From assembly GCA_030265395.1 (NCBI GenBank), contig JARFYF010000046.1, positions 5,996,593 to 6,060,592 of the forward strand: 64,000 nucleotides of DNA. The letters are read 5' to 3'. Of this stretch, positions 49,086 to 62,912 are shown one piece after another. This stretch comes from Rhina ancylostomus. Taxonomy: Eukaryota. The notes under the pieces are model-generated. The model did not search any database. It worked only from the letters and a program-made list of their open reading frames with translations, and had not been told where the DNA came from. The number at the start of each line of letters is the position of its first letter. Positions within the stretch are counted from its first letter, which is position 1. The position numbers and the translations under genes were made by a program.

Positions 49086-50598
49086 AGGAGTGAACACAAG
49101 GTTTGGTTAAGTGCTAACCCCCAGGATATCGATGGTGACACAATTGAAGGTCAATGATAAGTGATTAGCCTTTCTCTTGTTGCAGATAGTCATTGCCTGG
49201 CACTTTTGTGGCAGAAAATGTTACTTGCCTTACTTAGCCCATGCCTGAATGTTGTCTTGCTGCATACAGACATGGACTGCTTCTTTTGCTGAAGAGTTAC
49301 AAATGGAACACTTTCAGTCATCAGCAAACATCCCCATTTCTGACCTTGTGATGAAAGGAAGGCCATTGATGAAGCAGCAGAAGTTAGTTGGGCTAGGACA
49401 CTGCCCAGAAGAGCTCCTGCACTGATGTCCTATGGCTGGACGATTGACCTCTGACAATCAAAACCATCTTCTTTTGTGCAATGTATGATTCTAACCATGA
49501 GGGTGCTTTCCCCTTAATACCCGCGAGCTTCAGTTTCACCAGGGTGTCTCGATTCCACACTCAGTCTCCTTTCAGTTCTTCAGTCCACAGCAGCTCCATC
49601 ACTTTGCTGGATTGTAAACAATGTGTACTTTATTGGGCCTTTCATAACCTACAGCCCCAAGTACTCCATGGTCAATGAACAACTTCTGAAGTATGATCAC
49701 TGCTAACATGCAGGAAGCATAGAAACTAGCGTGCACTTAATAAGGACACAGAAACAGCAATACAAGAGATAACCTGTTTCGCTGATAATGATTTGGTGTA
49801 AATATTGGCCTGGACACATGGGAGGATGAAAATAGCACCATAAGCTCCCCCTCAAAGGAAAACAGACCTTGGTTGAACATGTCATTTGGATAAAAGTGGC
49901 AGAACAAAGACATGGTGTCAAATACTGCCAAGAACAGGTGGCCTTCCTCTTAGATCCCGTTTGGGCAGAGACAAATAGCAAGTTATGCCAAATGGTACAG
50001 GACACAGTTGTCATTGGAAAATTATGATTACTTCCCCCTCCTCCCCCAAATGAATGAGAAGTTTGTAAAACAAAAATCACAGAGCAAAAAATCAGGCTTT
50101 GAATTTATGATTAGAACAGGCAATTAACAAGATGCACATGTTTACAAATTGCACTCTTGTTACTCAGATCCAATTTTCCTGAAATGGTTCAGAGTATTGC
50201 ATTAATATGAAATCTAAATTCTAAATTAATTGAAGCCATGCTAAAGTGCTATTTCAAATCTGTCACTTTAAGGTAACAAAACGTGGCCATCGAAAAGAGC
50301 TCAAAAGATTTTTGTAAAATAAAAAGATAAAATCCTTCTTAAGACCAAAAACATTGCAGGTACTAAAGGAGCAGAAGAAAGCACCAACTGTACACGAAAC
50401 ATTTGTGAGTATTTCAGTGAATCATGAATAGCAACAATTAATATATATTTTTAAAAATTCTGTTTCAGGTCCCATAACTGACGGCCTCTCTCGTACCAGC
50501 TGTAAACCATCCCTGCAATATTCAAACCTGTGACCCAAAAACATCAATTATATTTATTTAAATTTCAATCCTCAAGGAGGTTGCCTCTCATCCATTAC

Positions 50599-50811
50599 CT
50601 TTCGAATGTCCTCCAAGCTCTCTCCATTCAACATATTCGGCACTTTGGGGGCCATCAGCTCCCTGGACCCTAATGCATTTTTCTGCTCTTGTAATTGCTT
50701 CTGCTGCTGTTGGTACTTCAGCATCTCTGGATTCTCAATGATAGTGGTGGACAGTTGCTGCTCTGTTGTAATTGCTAAGCTTTTGCCATAAGTCTTCTGG
50801 TGAATCATGTT
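50599..50811 (-). CDS. HIRA: HIRA coding exon (approx. exon 12): NMIHQKTYGKSLAITTE...IIENPEMLKYQQQQ...NGESLEDIRK
   Basis: 213 bp, phase 0-0; ACAG acceptor, GTAATG donor; TYGKSLAI/IENPEMLKYQ/NGESLEDIRK motifs. Confidence 0.96.
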
Positions 50812-53800
50812 CTGTAAGGCAAGAGGAAAAATAATAAAAGATTTGGGTCACCAAGCAGGTGAAGAGTTATAATTTGCCTTAAAGGGGAATGTTTAATATT
50901 CTAATAATCAAATTTATTTCTGCTCCCAGTGAGTTATGTTCTCTCGACAACATGAAGTAACCTTAAGTAGGCAAGCGCAACATTAACAATGCACTGAAAG
51001 ATTTCTGCTCTTTTATGAAAACTGTAGCAGTATTAACTCAATTTTAATTTTACAGTTTGCATTGAAATGGATGAAGACCAAACAATGCATAACGTATGAA
51101 TATTAAATCTTACCCTCCCGTAATTTTACTGGTGGAAAAAAAGGTACTGTAAACAAGAATGTGTACGAGTCTGACTCCTGTAGTTCAGTACTATTGGTAT
51201 TGTTTTATTATTGTCACTTGTACCGAGGTACAGTGAAAAGCTTGTCTTACAAACTGATCGTACCGGTCAATTCATTACACAGTGCAGTTACATTGAGTCA
51301 GTACAGAGTGCATTGATGTAGTACAGGTAAAAACAATAACANNNNNNNNNNNNNNNNNNNNNNNNNNNNNNNNNNNNNNNNNNNNNNNNNNNNNNNNNNN
51401 NNNNNNNNNNNNNNNNNNNNNNNNNNNNNNNNNNNNNNNNNGTGTACTTGGATTGAACTGATATTAAAATAAAGGAAAAAAAACCTTTTCATTATAAAGG
51501 ATATTTTTAGGACAAGATTTTATTTTTCTACTGACAAGATTGCCAACATGAAACCCAATGCAAAGCTCTGTGGCAAGTTAACTCTATCTTCTTTGCAGTT
51601 GAGGTTAACATTGACAAATTAATATCCATAATGATTTGGAAAAGGATATTCATCCCTAGGACTACTGCAAAATTTTACGTGAAGTGCCAGAAATGAGCAC
51701 TTTCAAGTAATTCCACTGTTAAAGTGTCAACTCTTTTCATCCCCAGCCATTAATAGATTTATTAAAAATGCTGGCAATTGACCAAAGGTTTTCTATTGTT
51801 ACCTACATTCTGCAAAGTGGATTATTATCACAAACCTGCCACTTCCTATGTGACAATTATCAGACAGCATTCTTGTATCTTATTACCATGCATTTTCCTG
51901 AGCAACGAGCAACCTGCAATGTGAACTAGCATAAAATTTCAATTTGATTGTTAAAGACATCGAATGGGTGCTGAATTAATTCTCAATGTTTATCAGTCTT
52001 CAGACACCTAATGCAACGAAGTACGTTGCATCCAAAGACATTGGATTGGAATTTCCTGACAAAAAAAACCACCAGAGTAACAGTTGCCCTATCTATGAAT
52101 GAGTAATACAACTACTTGAGGTGAGAAACAGATATATAGTTAAATGTAAATATCCAAAGTTTGAAGTTCTGTTTACCCCACTTCACCTTTAGCTTTGCAA
52201 AAATGGCATCTTCACTATCACCTCCCTATTTGTTAAATCTTGTTACAAGTTAATTATTACAAATGTTGAACCTGTTCCCAGCGGGCTTTGAAATTTTCAG
52301 GAAGATTTGTATGTATTAAAGAAATCTAAACATAAATCACACTTTTCCTCTTTCAATCACAATCTCATCATCCAGTCTTTCCTCACTCTCTTTATCTAAT
52401 TTCATTTATATTTCTCATGGTTTTATAAGTTGCTGGCAATTTCATTATCTATAATCCATTTCTAATTGCCCTTAAATAGGGGAGGCAGGTACGAGACAGG
52501 CATATTGTGGACTTGAATCCTTTATAGGCGAGACTGGATATAGATGGTGATTTTCAGTCTGTGAATGTCATGGAAGGGCATTTTTCTTTTCCTATTTGGA
52601 TATTAAAATAAACACATTTTAAATTTCACTCTGCAATTTAGTTCTTTTTCATATTTATTTCTCAAAACTTAAATATCATTGGTTGACTTTCTCTATTACT
52701 TGATTTCGTCTGAGGTGGTGTGTTTTAGTCACATTTATTTTGTTTGCCAATAAGGTTGTTGAACATGTGACATTCTTTGAGCTGGTGAGTGCAGGGGCAA
52801 GTCCAATAAATGACAGATGCCATTTGATTCTGTATAGCAGCACTATCAGGCTCATTGTTGTGCCACTTACGTTTAATGACATTATAATAAGTTTATTGTG
52901 CCTTCTGGTGCTTCCATTGTCCCAAAGCTAGGAGGGCTGCCAGCTTTTCAGGGTGAAAGTCAGTTGCATGTTAGACATCCCATGAAATAAATTAACACAG
53001 CTATACTCAGCATTCATCATATTTAGTTGTGACACACTCAGAATAGAAACAATTATTAACTTTGGAAATTCCCCTTGCCTTTCATTCTATCAGACTTGTG
53101 AATTTTGCAGCACATTTTTCAAATTCTTTATAGATTTAGATTTCTTACTATTTGGCAATCAAAATAGGATGGATCAAAGTCTCAAAAGCTCTTAACGGCA
53201 TTGAAAGTGAACAAGTCATTTAATATTGCAGGAATGTCCTTCTCAGCAAACAATGGAGCATTACTTTCAGTGACTCTGAGTTATCTCCTTGGTACACCAT
53301 GGAGTGTAACATGTAGAAAGGGCTGTTTTCTAGTGTAGGATTGTACTGACATAGTTAATATCAAGTGGAATAATGTATAGTACTCATTAAACTACCTTGT
53401 TTTGCAAACCCTAAGACTTTTCTCTTGATGTCTATGGATGCCAGTTGTGGAGGATGGGAACAGGGTTAAAAGTTATAATCATATGACTGGCTCACAATGG
53501 AAAAATAAGTGAGAAAGAGCTTCTATTCATAGTGTCAGCTGTGTCCCAGTGGTAGCATTCTTGAATCTAAATCAATAGGTCTTGAGTTCAAGCTTCACCC
53601 CGAGCCTTGAGCATGTAATCTAGAGACTTCAAATTGATAACAAAAATGCACAACTATTTCTGTGCTTGAATTCCTTACATTTTTTAAAAGTGATTGAAAA
53701 GAAAATCTAATACTTTGGTTAGTATAGTGCTATTTCTAAATGTCAAATCACATGTAGGCCACTGCCTGGTTGATTTAGAAATGATGAAATGACTCAGAAT

Positions 53801-54377
53801 TTGGGAGGTAGGTTGTTGGGGAGAGGGTTTTATAGCTTTGAAGTTGCATTAAAATAATAATTTAATTTCTTGGCATTTCTAATATAAATTATCTACTTAG
53901 TCATACCATTCCAATAATTTTCTTGTCAGTGTACAAAATCGAGAATCTCCCAACTAGCATTTTCAGTAAGCAGACTTATTTTGAGTATGATTGATTTTAT
54001 TCTAAGTATTACAAACGCCTAAAATATGTCAAAAAGAAATACCATGAAATCTGAATGTGATCCTAATATAATCATTGTCTAACTATTCTAAAATCATGTA
54101 ACGCTAAATTTCAATTCAATTTAATTTATCCCATTTAATCTAATAATATAGCCTGTGTTTTGATTAAAGGAACAACTCCTACCTCATGGTTCAGTCAAAA
54201 GCCATAAGTAATAACAACTGCACAATATCCTTGTGAGCATTTGGGTTTGAAGAAGAACATCATTACATTATAACTTAAGTTAAAAATTTTCCTAAAATGT
54301 AGAAGCCATTGCATGCTATCTATTTGATATATAGAATCAATGAATAATGTGGTAACAAGAAATCACAGGACAAGAAA

Positions 54378-54520
54378 GAAACATAGAAAACCTACAGCAC
54401 AATTCAGGCCCGGCCCACAAAGCTGTGCAGAACGTGTCCCTACTCTAGGAATTACTAGACTTACCCATAGCCCTCTATTATTGTCAGCTCCATGTACCTA
54501 TCCAATAGTCTCTTAAAAGA
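54378..54520 (-). mobile_element. CR1-like 3' tail, same subfamily as 2100-2243
   Basis: Reverse complement matches ttggataggta.atggagctga...gggtaag.ctagtaatt...tgtgctgtaggttttct. Confidence 0.78.
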
Positions 54521-55467
54521 AATTTATGCATAGACCTAAATGCAAGTGACCAAAGCTGTGGATCAGTGCTGAGGGCCCTGTGGTTTCATTAGCTTTGAGT
54601 GTTAAATGGTTAAATATTTCAACATGACTATGGGCCAATCCCAGCTGCTTTTCAGCTCTCCTTTGCACCTCTCCAATCAACTGATATCTCCTCTATACTT
54701 TGTTTTGTCATTTCCCAATAAATCAGTATAATTCTTCAATATCTTCAGACTTTTAAAGTGCATTTGATATTGTCTCCAAATCTATTATTCCTCCTGAGAA
54801 GTTCCACTTCTGCTATTTTCACTCTGCCCCAACACTAGCCACTTGGCATGGTTCCATTTCCTTCTGACTTCTCCCCTCCAGTTTAAAATATTTTCTGTAA
54901 TCACATCTTTTTTTTAATCTATTCCAGAGTTTTGAACAATTTTTCTATTTATTTTGGAAGCTTAATTAGAAGGAAAGTTAGATGATTATGTGTAAGGGTG
55001 ACATTTCAGGCCCAATTTATATAGGGTATTCAGAAAGGATAGTAAGCAAAAATAATTACACTAATGTGGTGCCATTCATAGCATCCTGTCGTGCTTTGCA
55101 GCCAAATAATTAGATTTGTAGCACAGATGCTTTGTAATGTGGGAGAAAAAACAGCATGGCATTTCAGTACAAGGTCACAAAAACAATAAATGATAACAAC
55201 CAAGTTGTCTGTTTTATTGGTGTTGAGAAATGTATTTTAGGCAGATAGATGTTGAGCAAAGTCCCATGCTCTTCTTTGAACTAATGTCATGGTATCTTCT
55301 CTATCTGCCTACTGAGATTTAGTTTAATGACTTATCTGACAGACTGGTACCTTGTTCAGTCAGTCACTCCCACAGTACTGCACTGGATTGTCAGCCTACG
55401 TTTTGCTTCTCTGTGTGGGAATCAAACTCACAAGCTAGAGTCTTGTAGGTGCTGTTCGTTGAGCTGT

Positions 55468-56265
55468 GGTATTGGTATTGGTTTATTATTGTCATTTTTA
55501 CCGAGGTACAGTGAAAAGCTTGTCTTACAAACCGATCGTACAGGTCAATTCATTACACAGTGCAGTTACACTGAGTTAGTACAAAGTGCATTAATGTAGT
55601 ACAGGTAAGGACAGTAACAGTACAGAGTAAAGAGTCACAGCTACAGAGCAAGTGCAGTGCAATAAGGTGCAAGGTCACAACATGGTAGATCGTGAGGTCA
55701 TAGTCTATCTCGTTGTATAAAGGAACCGTTCAATAGTCTTATCACAGTGGGGTAGAAGCTGTCCTTAAGTCTGGTGGTACGTGCCCTTAGGCACCTGTAT
55801 CTTCTACCCGATGGAAGAGGAGAGAAGAGAGAATGTCCCAGGTGGGTGGGGTCTTTGATTATTCTGGCTGCTTCACCAAGACAATGAGAGGTAAAGACAG
55901 AGTCCAAGGAGGGGAGGCTGGTGTCCATGATGTGCTGGGCTGTGTCCACAACTCTCCGCAGTTTCTTTCAGTCCTAGGCAGAGCAGTTGCCGTACCAAGC
56001 TGTGATAAAACCAGATAGGATGCTTTCTGTGGTGCATCGGTAAAAGTTGGTAAGAGTCAAAGGGGACAAACCAAATCTCTTTAGCCTCCTGAGGAAGTAG
56101 AGACACTGGTGAGCTTTCTTGGCCGTGGCTTGTACGTGATTTGACCAGGACAGGCTGTTGGTGATGTTCATTCCCAGGAACTTGAAGCTCTCAACCCTCA
56201 GCACCATTAATGTAAACAGGTGCATGTACACTGCCCCCTTTCCTGGAGTCAATGACCAGCTCTTG
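55468..56265 (-). mobile_element. Rex1/Babar-like LINE 3' fragment with 3' UTR and (ATACCA)n-like tail
   Basis: ORFs 55974..56252 and 55698..55949 are near-identical to ORF 20..550. Confidence 0.87.
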
Positions 56266-56384
56266 TTGAAACCATCTCCAGATATTACAAGTAGGAAAAC
56301 AGTCCAACTCGATGCACATATTCCAGTAAAATATATAAAAGGTATTTGATGTTATGTAGGAGCACAGCTTGGTAGGGCAAGTGC

Positions 56385-56860
56385 TCTGCTCAAGACTGCA
56401 AGAAATTTAAGAGTTGTGAATGCAGCCCAGGCTATTACAGAAACCAATCTCCCCTCCACTAACTCTGTCTACACTTTCCACTGTCTTAGGAAAGCGGCCA
56501 ACATAATCAAGGTCAACCCCAGTCGTTCTCTCTTCTCCCTCCTTCCACTGGGCAGAAGATACAAAAGCTTGAGAACATGTACCACCTGGCTCAAGGTCAG
56601 TTTCTATCCTGCTGTTGTAACTCCTATACAATAATGATAAACCCTTGATCTCTCAGTCTACCTCATCGTGGTCCATGCATTTTATTTGTCCATCTGTGCT
56701 GCACTTTCTCTGTAACACAACATTCTGCATTCTGTTATTGTTTTCCTTTTGTACTGCCTCAATGTAGTTAGGTATGAAATAATCTGTCTGGATGGCATTC
56801 AAACAAAAGCTTTTCAGTGTATCTCAATACATGTGACAATAATAAATTAATTACCAATAC
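56385..56860 (+). mobile_element. Diverged Rex1/Babar-like LINE 3' fragment
   Basis: ORF 56416..56634 aligns to AQHI...LPS.DSV.T.HCL..AA.IIK...SLFS.LP.GRRY; same type of tail. Confidence 0.8.
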
Positions 56861-57772
56861 TGTTACCAAATCAGCCAGCATAGTTCAGGCCACTTGTATA
56901 GAAGAGAAAAAAAGTACAAAATCATTCGGTTTGTGAAAAATTTATAACACCCACTTCTCCAGATGGAATGTCACTTTATATGCATTTTACTCTTTGCAGT
57001 ACGAGCAGAGTTGAGCCCACTCTGAATAAACTGCAGGAGTGTTGAGGCTTTCAGAGGTAGGTAGCTTGAATGATCCACAATTTTAGCACATAATGTGAGT
57101 GGTGGACATTAGTGATTACTGTTATATAAAACTTCATCTGTATGAAGCCTGTGGCACAGTTTGACTGCATTTGTGTAAGCATTCAGTTTCTTCCTCTCCT
57201 TCAGACATGGTTGACCAAAACAGCACGGGATATGGATTGCTCGCATGTAGCTCTGTGGAAAACGATGCTCTATTCCAACTCGTCCAATAACAAAACAAGG
57301 GCTGCCACTCATGTGGTACCCAAAATACCTACTCCTGACAGAACTTAAGTGATTCACCATCAAAGGACATCACTCAACAACTCAACAGTATGAAGTCAAA
57401 AAATTTGAAACTTGGAAATCAGCAAACAAGTACTTTTGGAGAAATTTTATCTGAAAAACTTCCCTGTATATTGTCACTCCCAGAGAGGGGAAGCAAGTTG
57501 TAGTTAATTTCTTTTCATCCTCCACATTTCACTTTCTTATGTGATTGCCCCAGAACTCAAGAGAAACATTATTAGTTTGAGAACATTAGATGCCAAGTAG
57601 TCCTAGGATATCAAATATCATATCCCTGCTAGAAGATTGTTCTTTCTCTGCCATCTAATAACTTGACCGATCTCAAGCAATTTAGTAATTTGCATCCAAC
57701 TAAGACTGCAAGTACATTGATGCGTTTGACGCTGCTGTACTTCAATGCAGCTGCAGAACCAGCTTTCATTAC

Positions 57773-57878
57773 CTTCTCCTCCTCAGTTAGTGGATCACCC
57801 AGTTCCTCCTGTGAGAAATCCAGAAAAGCCACTGTTCCATCCATTGAGCACACCAGCAATCCCAATCCAGTTAAAGTC
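57773..57878 (-). CDS. HIRA: HIRA coding exon (approx. exon 11), end of WD40: TLTGLGLLVCSMDGTVAFLDFSQEELGDPLTEEEK
   Basis: 106 bp; CAG acceptor, GTAATG donor; phase 2 join completes W (TG|G); overlaps ORF 57629..57865. Confidence 0.96.
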
Positions 57879-59039
57879 CTGGTGTAAAAAACACAAAAGA
57901 CACATATACATATTTAACCCCTTCAAAGCCAATGCCTTGCTTACTCATTACCAACTAGCTGCTAACATCCTTCATCAATGCCAAATATCTGAAAAGTAAA
58001 CACCCTTCCTATTGGGTCATCTTCAAATAAAGGAAAAATAAATCAATGGATCCAAAGAAGGCTATTTTTATCAATTTGTACTATAAGCATAATGAGTACA
58101 AGTATCATGAAAAAAGAAATTGAGATGCATATACAAGCAGTGCTGTGGCAAGAAGAGCAGGAAATCTAGTGATAGCATTTCAGCACAGGGTCTAAATGGA
58201 ATCAGTCAAAATGACAAAGAAGAAATAGAAAAGGGGGGTTGGAGGTAATTCTGATAACAAAGACGATGCAAGGAAATCATGAGTATCGGGAAATAGAATC
58301 TGAAATGTTGAAAATAGAGGGATAATAAAGGACAAAAGAGTCTGTAGGAGCAATTCATTATTTTGTTACAAATCAATCGAGAAATAGTAGCCTTTAACAA
58401 AATTAATGCAAAAGTCCTGCGAGTTTTAATTTTCATATAAACTGGATACATTGATGTGGGAAAAGTAGTTTCGAGAAGCAGTTCAAAGAATTTATTTGAT
58501 ACCATTTCCTGGAGCAATACACAAGGGAGTTAAATAGGAAACAAATGATGTTAATTTTTTCCTTGGGTAATGAGATTGGTAATTAGTAATATCAATTAAT
58601 TAGTAATTGCATTGTAAGGGACCCTCTGGGAAAGGGCAACCATAGTATGATTGCATTCAAGAGTGGCATACTTTCAGATATCTGGAAGTAAAGTCTTAAT
58701 CCTGAATAATTCTAACTACATAAGTACAAGGGCCAGGTTCATAAGTGTATCATTGCACTGAAACAGGCCCTTCAGCCCAGCCAATCCACAAAGACCCTCA
58801 AGCACCCAGATACACTTAACTTCAGTTACACAAATCCTACCACTCATTCAAATGCAGATTGCACTGTGGAGTAATTGTTGCATTTTACTGGTTGGATATG
58901 ATAGAATAATAGAACTTTGAGGAATAGGAGGCGGCTTTGCTGGTGGAAGTGATGCCCAAGAACTCATAAATTTGAACTACCAAGTTTATCTCACTCTCCT
59001 CCCTTACCCATAACAATTTATATTTTCTTTATCAGATCA

Positions 59040-59830
59040 GAACATAAGCGAGCAAGAAAACAGGAGCAGTAGGCCACTCATCCCCTCGTCTTCTCTGCCA
59101 TTCAATATGATCATGGCTGACCTGCCCCAGGCCTCGTCCCTTCTGTGCCAGTTCCCAATAACTGCCAGTTCACTGATCTTTAAAGAAATATATTTACTTC
59201 CTCTTTATATACATCCAATGATCTGCCTTTCACTGCGTTAGAAGATTCCAGAGATTCACTACTCTTTATGAAAAAAGATTCCCATGCACGAAAGTTTTAA
59301 ATGACTGCCCCCTAATCTAGTTACAACGCTCCCTCGCTTGAGTTTCTTCCTCTAGTGGAATCATCAGGACATCTACACTATCGTGCCCTCTCGGGGCCTC
59401 TGAACTCCAAAGAATATAGATCTAATTTCTTTAGCTGCTTGAGATAGGAAAGCCTCTCATCTCAGGAAAAGGCTGAGTGAATTTCTTTTGGACTGCCTCC
59501 AATGCTGTACATCCTTTAGAATCATATACTTAAGGGGATTACAACTGCACAGTACTGCAGGTTTCACCTCATCAAGACCTATACAGTTGCGGCAATCCTT
59601 CCCCATCTCTAAACTCCAACGTGCTTGCAATAAACGATATTATGTCATTTGCCTTCTTAGCCACTTGCTGCAGTTGCCTGCCAACTTTTTGCGATTTGTG
59701 GACAAGAACACCCGAGATCACTCTGTACTTTGCTCACCTGCCATTTCTCTCCATTTAGATAACAGTCTGTCTTTAGATTCTTCTTTCCAAAATGCATGAC
59801 TTTACACTCTCCCACATTAAACTCCACTCA
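59040..59830 (-). mobile_element. Degenerate CR1-like LINE 3' fragment
   Basis: Tail segment ggagcagtaggcca...ccattcaatatgatcatggctga resembles the 35400 copy. Confidence 0.62.
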
Positions 59831-59895
59831 ACCAGTCTATATCCTGATGCAGTTAGTTGTCCCTTTAAAAAGAAAATTCAAGGATTTTGTATCTC

Positions 59896-59984
59896 TTATT
59901 ATTTCTGGCAGGTAACTCCAGCTGCCAGTAACCATCTGGGTAAAATGGTTATTGGCAGCTGGAGTTATCTGCCAGAAGTAATAA
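59896..59984. repeat. Long inverted repeat: 40-bp arms, 9-nt loop
   Basis: Arms 59896-59935 and 59945-59984; 37 of 40 pairs Watson-Crick. Confidence 0.95.
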
Positions 59985-60552
59985 TTTCTACTAATCCCTA
60001 AAGGTTGACAAAAGACATATTTTCGAGGCAATGTTCAATGTGCCACATGCTGTGCACAGTCAAGACCAAATTGCTATCAGTTTGTACTAGAGCTTCGTCC
60101 ACCTGAGAAAGAAAGCCAAGACAAAATAAGAATATGACTGGGAAGCAGCAGGACTTTCACAGTTAAATACTTAGCCAATACAGATGGGAAAATTGGTTCA
60201 AAATGATACAGTGGTAGATAAAGTGCAAAATTTCAAAAAACTATTGTGACATTTGATGTCACTTTTTGGCCTGGGGGGNNNNNNNNNNNNNNNNNNNNNN
60301 NNNNNNNNNNNNNNNNNNNNNNNNNNNNNNNNNNNNNNNNNNNNNNNNNNNNNNNNNNNNNNNNNNNNNNNNNNNNNNNNNNNNNNNNNNNNNNNNNNNN
60401 NNNNNNNNNNNNNNNNNNNNNNNNNNNNNNNNNNNNNNNNNNNNNNNNNNNNNNNNNNNNNNNNNNNNNNNNNNNNNNNNNNNNNNNNNNNNNNNNNNNN
60501 NNNNNNNNNNNNNNNNNNNNNNNNNNNNNNNNNNNNNNNNNNNNNNNNNNNN

Positions 60553-62060
60553 CTTCCAAATGTGTCAATTGGAATAGCAGCTCGTCCAGCAAGGAAAGCA
60601 GAGCTGGACAGGGAGAAATACACAACAAAGCAGAGACACTAGCAAGAAATTGGTCATGGGAAAAAAAAAAGAGCATCCAAGCGAACAAAGGTGCTGCCAC
60701 TACACCATTTCACCAAGCATTTCATCATTTCCAACAAACTTCCCATGGAACTGGAGCTAATACTCAGAATCAATGGGAAACCATTCAACCGATGGTGACT
60801 ACGTTCCAGAACCAAGGTCACCTGATGTGCAGAGACAACGCTTCCATTTCTGTACACTCAGACACCAAGCTCCAACACTGAAAAATGCGAGAGGATGTGC
60901 TTTACACTCAATATCTGCAAGACAAAGATCTTTACCAATCTGCTCCCAGTGTATGATACTGCCCTCCACCAATAAGGGCTCATAGTGAACTCTGGAAAAC
61001 ACAGACCATTTCCTATATCTTGGAAGCAACCTCTCAGCAAAGGCAGACATCAATGATGAACTCCACCACCAATGTAACACAGCCTTTGATTAAATGAGTA
61101 AAAGGGTATCTGAAGACCTCAGACCTAGCCAAAAAAAAATCATCTACCAGGAAGAGTGATCCCTACATTCCTCTGTGCTTCTGAAATCTGGACTACCTAC
61201 AGCAGACGTATCAAGGTACTGGAAAAATTTCACTAATGCTGTCTCAGTAAGATCTGCAAATAGACTGGATGGATCAGCATCCATTCTCTGGCTAACGTTT
61301 CCGGTATATTACCTTATGATGTAGGAGGCCATTCAGCCTATGTGTCTATGCCAGCTCTCAGAGCATTACCTTCAATCCTATTCACTCACCTATTTCCCAT
61401 ATACCACTCCCAACTCACATATCTATCAGTTCTATCTGATTCTCCTTCCACCCACCTACACAAGGGGCAATTTATAGTTGCCAACCTACATCTTTGGGAT
61501 GCGGAAAGAAACCCTGCAGTCACAGGGAGAATGTGCAAATTCCACACAGACCACATTGGAGGTCAGATTTGAACCCAGGTTACTGGAACTGGGTAGTAGC
61601 AGTGCTAACTATTGCACCACTGTGGCATCCTAGTTACTCTCAGTCATCTACACTGATCAAGCCATGCCCAACTCCTGAAATTGGTACCATATTCCAAGAT
61701 CTGTCATGGGAGGAGATTACCTAGTGGACAGCAGAAAAGGCTGAAGAATGTGCTCAGAGCTTTCCTGAAGAAGTGCAACATCCCCTTTAACTCCTGGGTG
61801 TCTCTGGCCCATGACTGATCAAGGTGGAAGAGGAGCATTCAGATGCTATTGAGAACTTCGAGGCCTTTCATCGAGAGCAGAAGTCCTGGATAAGCAATTG
61901 AAGAAGCACACAACCTCACAAGCTACCGATGTACCTCCTCCTGTCCCTTCTGTGGTTCCCATACTGACCTCAGCAGCCACCCTGGAACCCACAAAACCAG
62001 AGCACGTGCAAGACGTCCTTGATCCGGAGGCATTGCTGAAGCAGTAACAGCAGATGAAGT
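60553..62060 (+). mobile_element. RTE-clade LINE relic interrupted by a V-SINE (about 61320-61630, - strand); second RTE piece at about 63170-63340
   Basis: LENTDHFLYLGSNLSAKADINDE and GQQKRLKDVFKAFSKKCNIPFDSWVSLAHDRSNW resemble the RTE ORF C-terminus. Confidence 0.7.
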
Positions 62061-62369
62061 AGTAAGAAGATTCCATCAAGCAATTGACTGGTTTACCTCA
62101 CTCTCTCATCACTTTTCCTTAGTCATTTTCCTCCTGACCAGCTAAGGAATACCAGCTGTAACTGAGGCACACCATATGGTTCCTGCCACAAAGATAATTA
62201 CAGTGATGTGGAAAGGTGATCTGTTAAGATTCCACCCCATGTGAGATCCATTCCAAATATTCACAATGTATCACACTGAAACATCTGAGTATGGGTTTAG
62301 TTTCAGTCACTGTCAGTCAGCTTGGAATGGTGCTTACGACTCATTAATGCTGCCCAGATACTTAAAGCT

Positions 62370-62912
62370 TGACTCGATAGGGGTGTACAAGATGGTAAGA
62401 GGCATAGATCAAGTGATCAGTCAGAGACTTTTTCCCAGGGCGACAATGGCTAACATGAGGGGACATAATTTTAAGGTGATTGGAGGAAAATACAAGAGGG
62501 ATGTCAGGGATAAGTTCTTTACACAGCGAGTGGTGGGTGCATGGAACCCACTGCCGGCAGAGGTTGTGGGGGTAGATACATTAGGGACGTTTAAGAGACT
62601 CTTATATAGACACATGAATGATAGAGAAATGGAGGGCTATGTGGTAGGGAAGGGTTAAATAGATCTTAGAGCAGGATAAAATGTCAGCATAACATTGTGG
62701 ACTGAAGGGCCTGTACTGTGCTGTAATGTTCTATCNNNNNNNNNNNNNNNNNNNNNNNNNNNNNNNNNNNNNNNNNNNNNNNNNNNNNNNNNNNNNNNNN
62801 NNNNNNNNNNNNNNNNNNNNNNNNNNNNNNNNNNNATAGATCTTAGAGCAGGATAAAATGTCAGCATAACATTGTGGACTGAAGGGCCTGTACTGTGCTG
62901 TAATGTTCTATC
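62370..62912 (+). mobile_element. CR1/HER1-like LINE 3' fragment
   Basis: VYKMVRGID...RGHNFKVIGG...FFTQRVVGAWNPLP...TFKRLL; tail duplicated across a 100-N gap. Confidence 0.85.
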
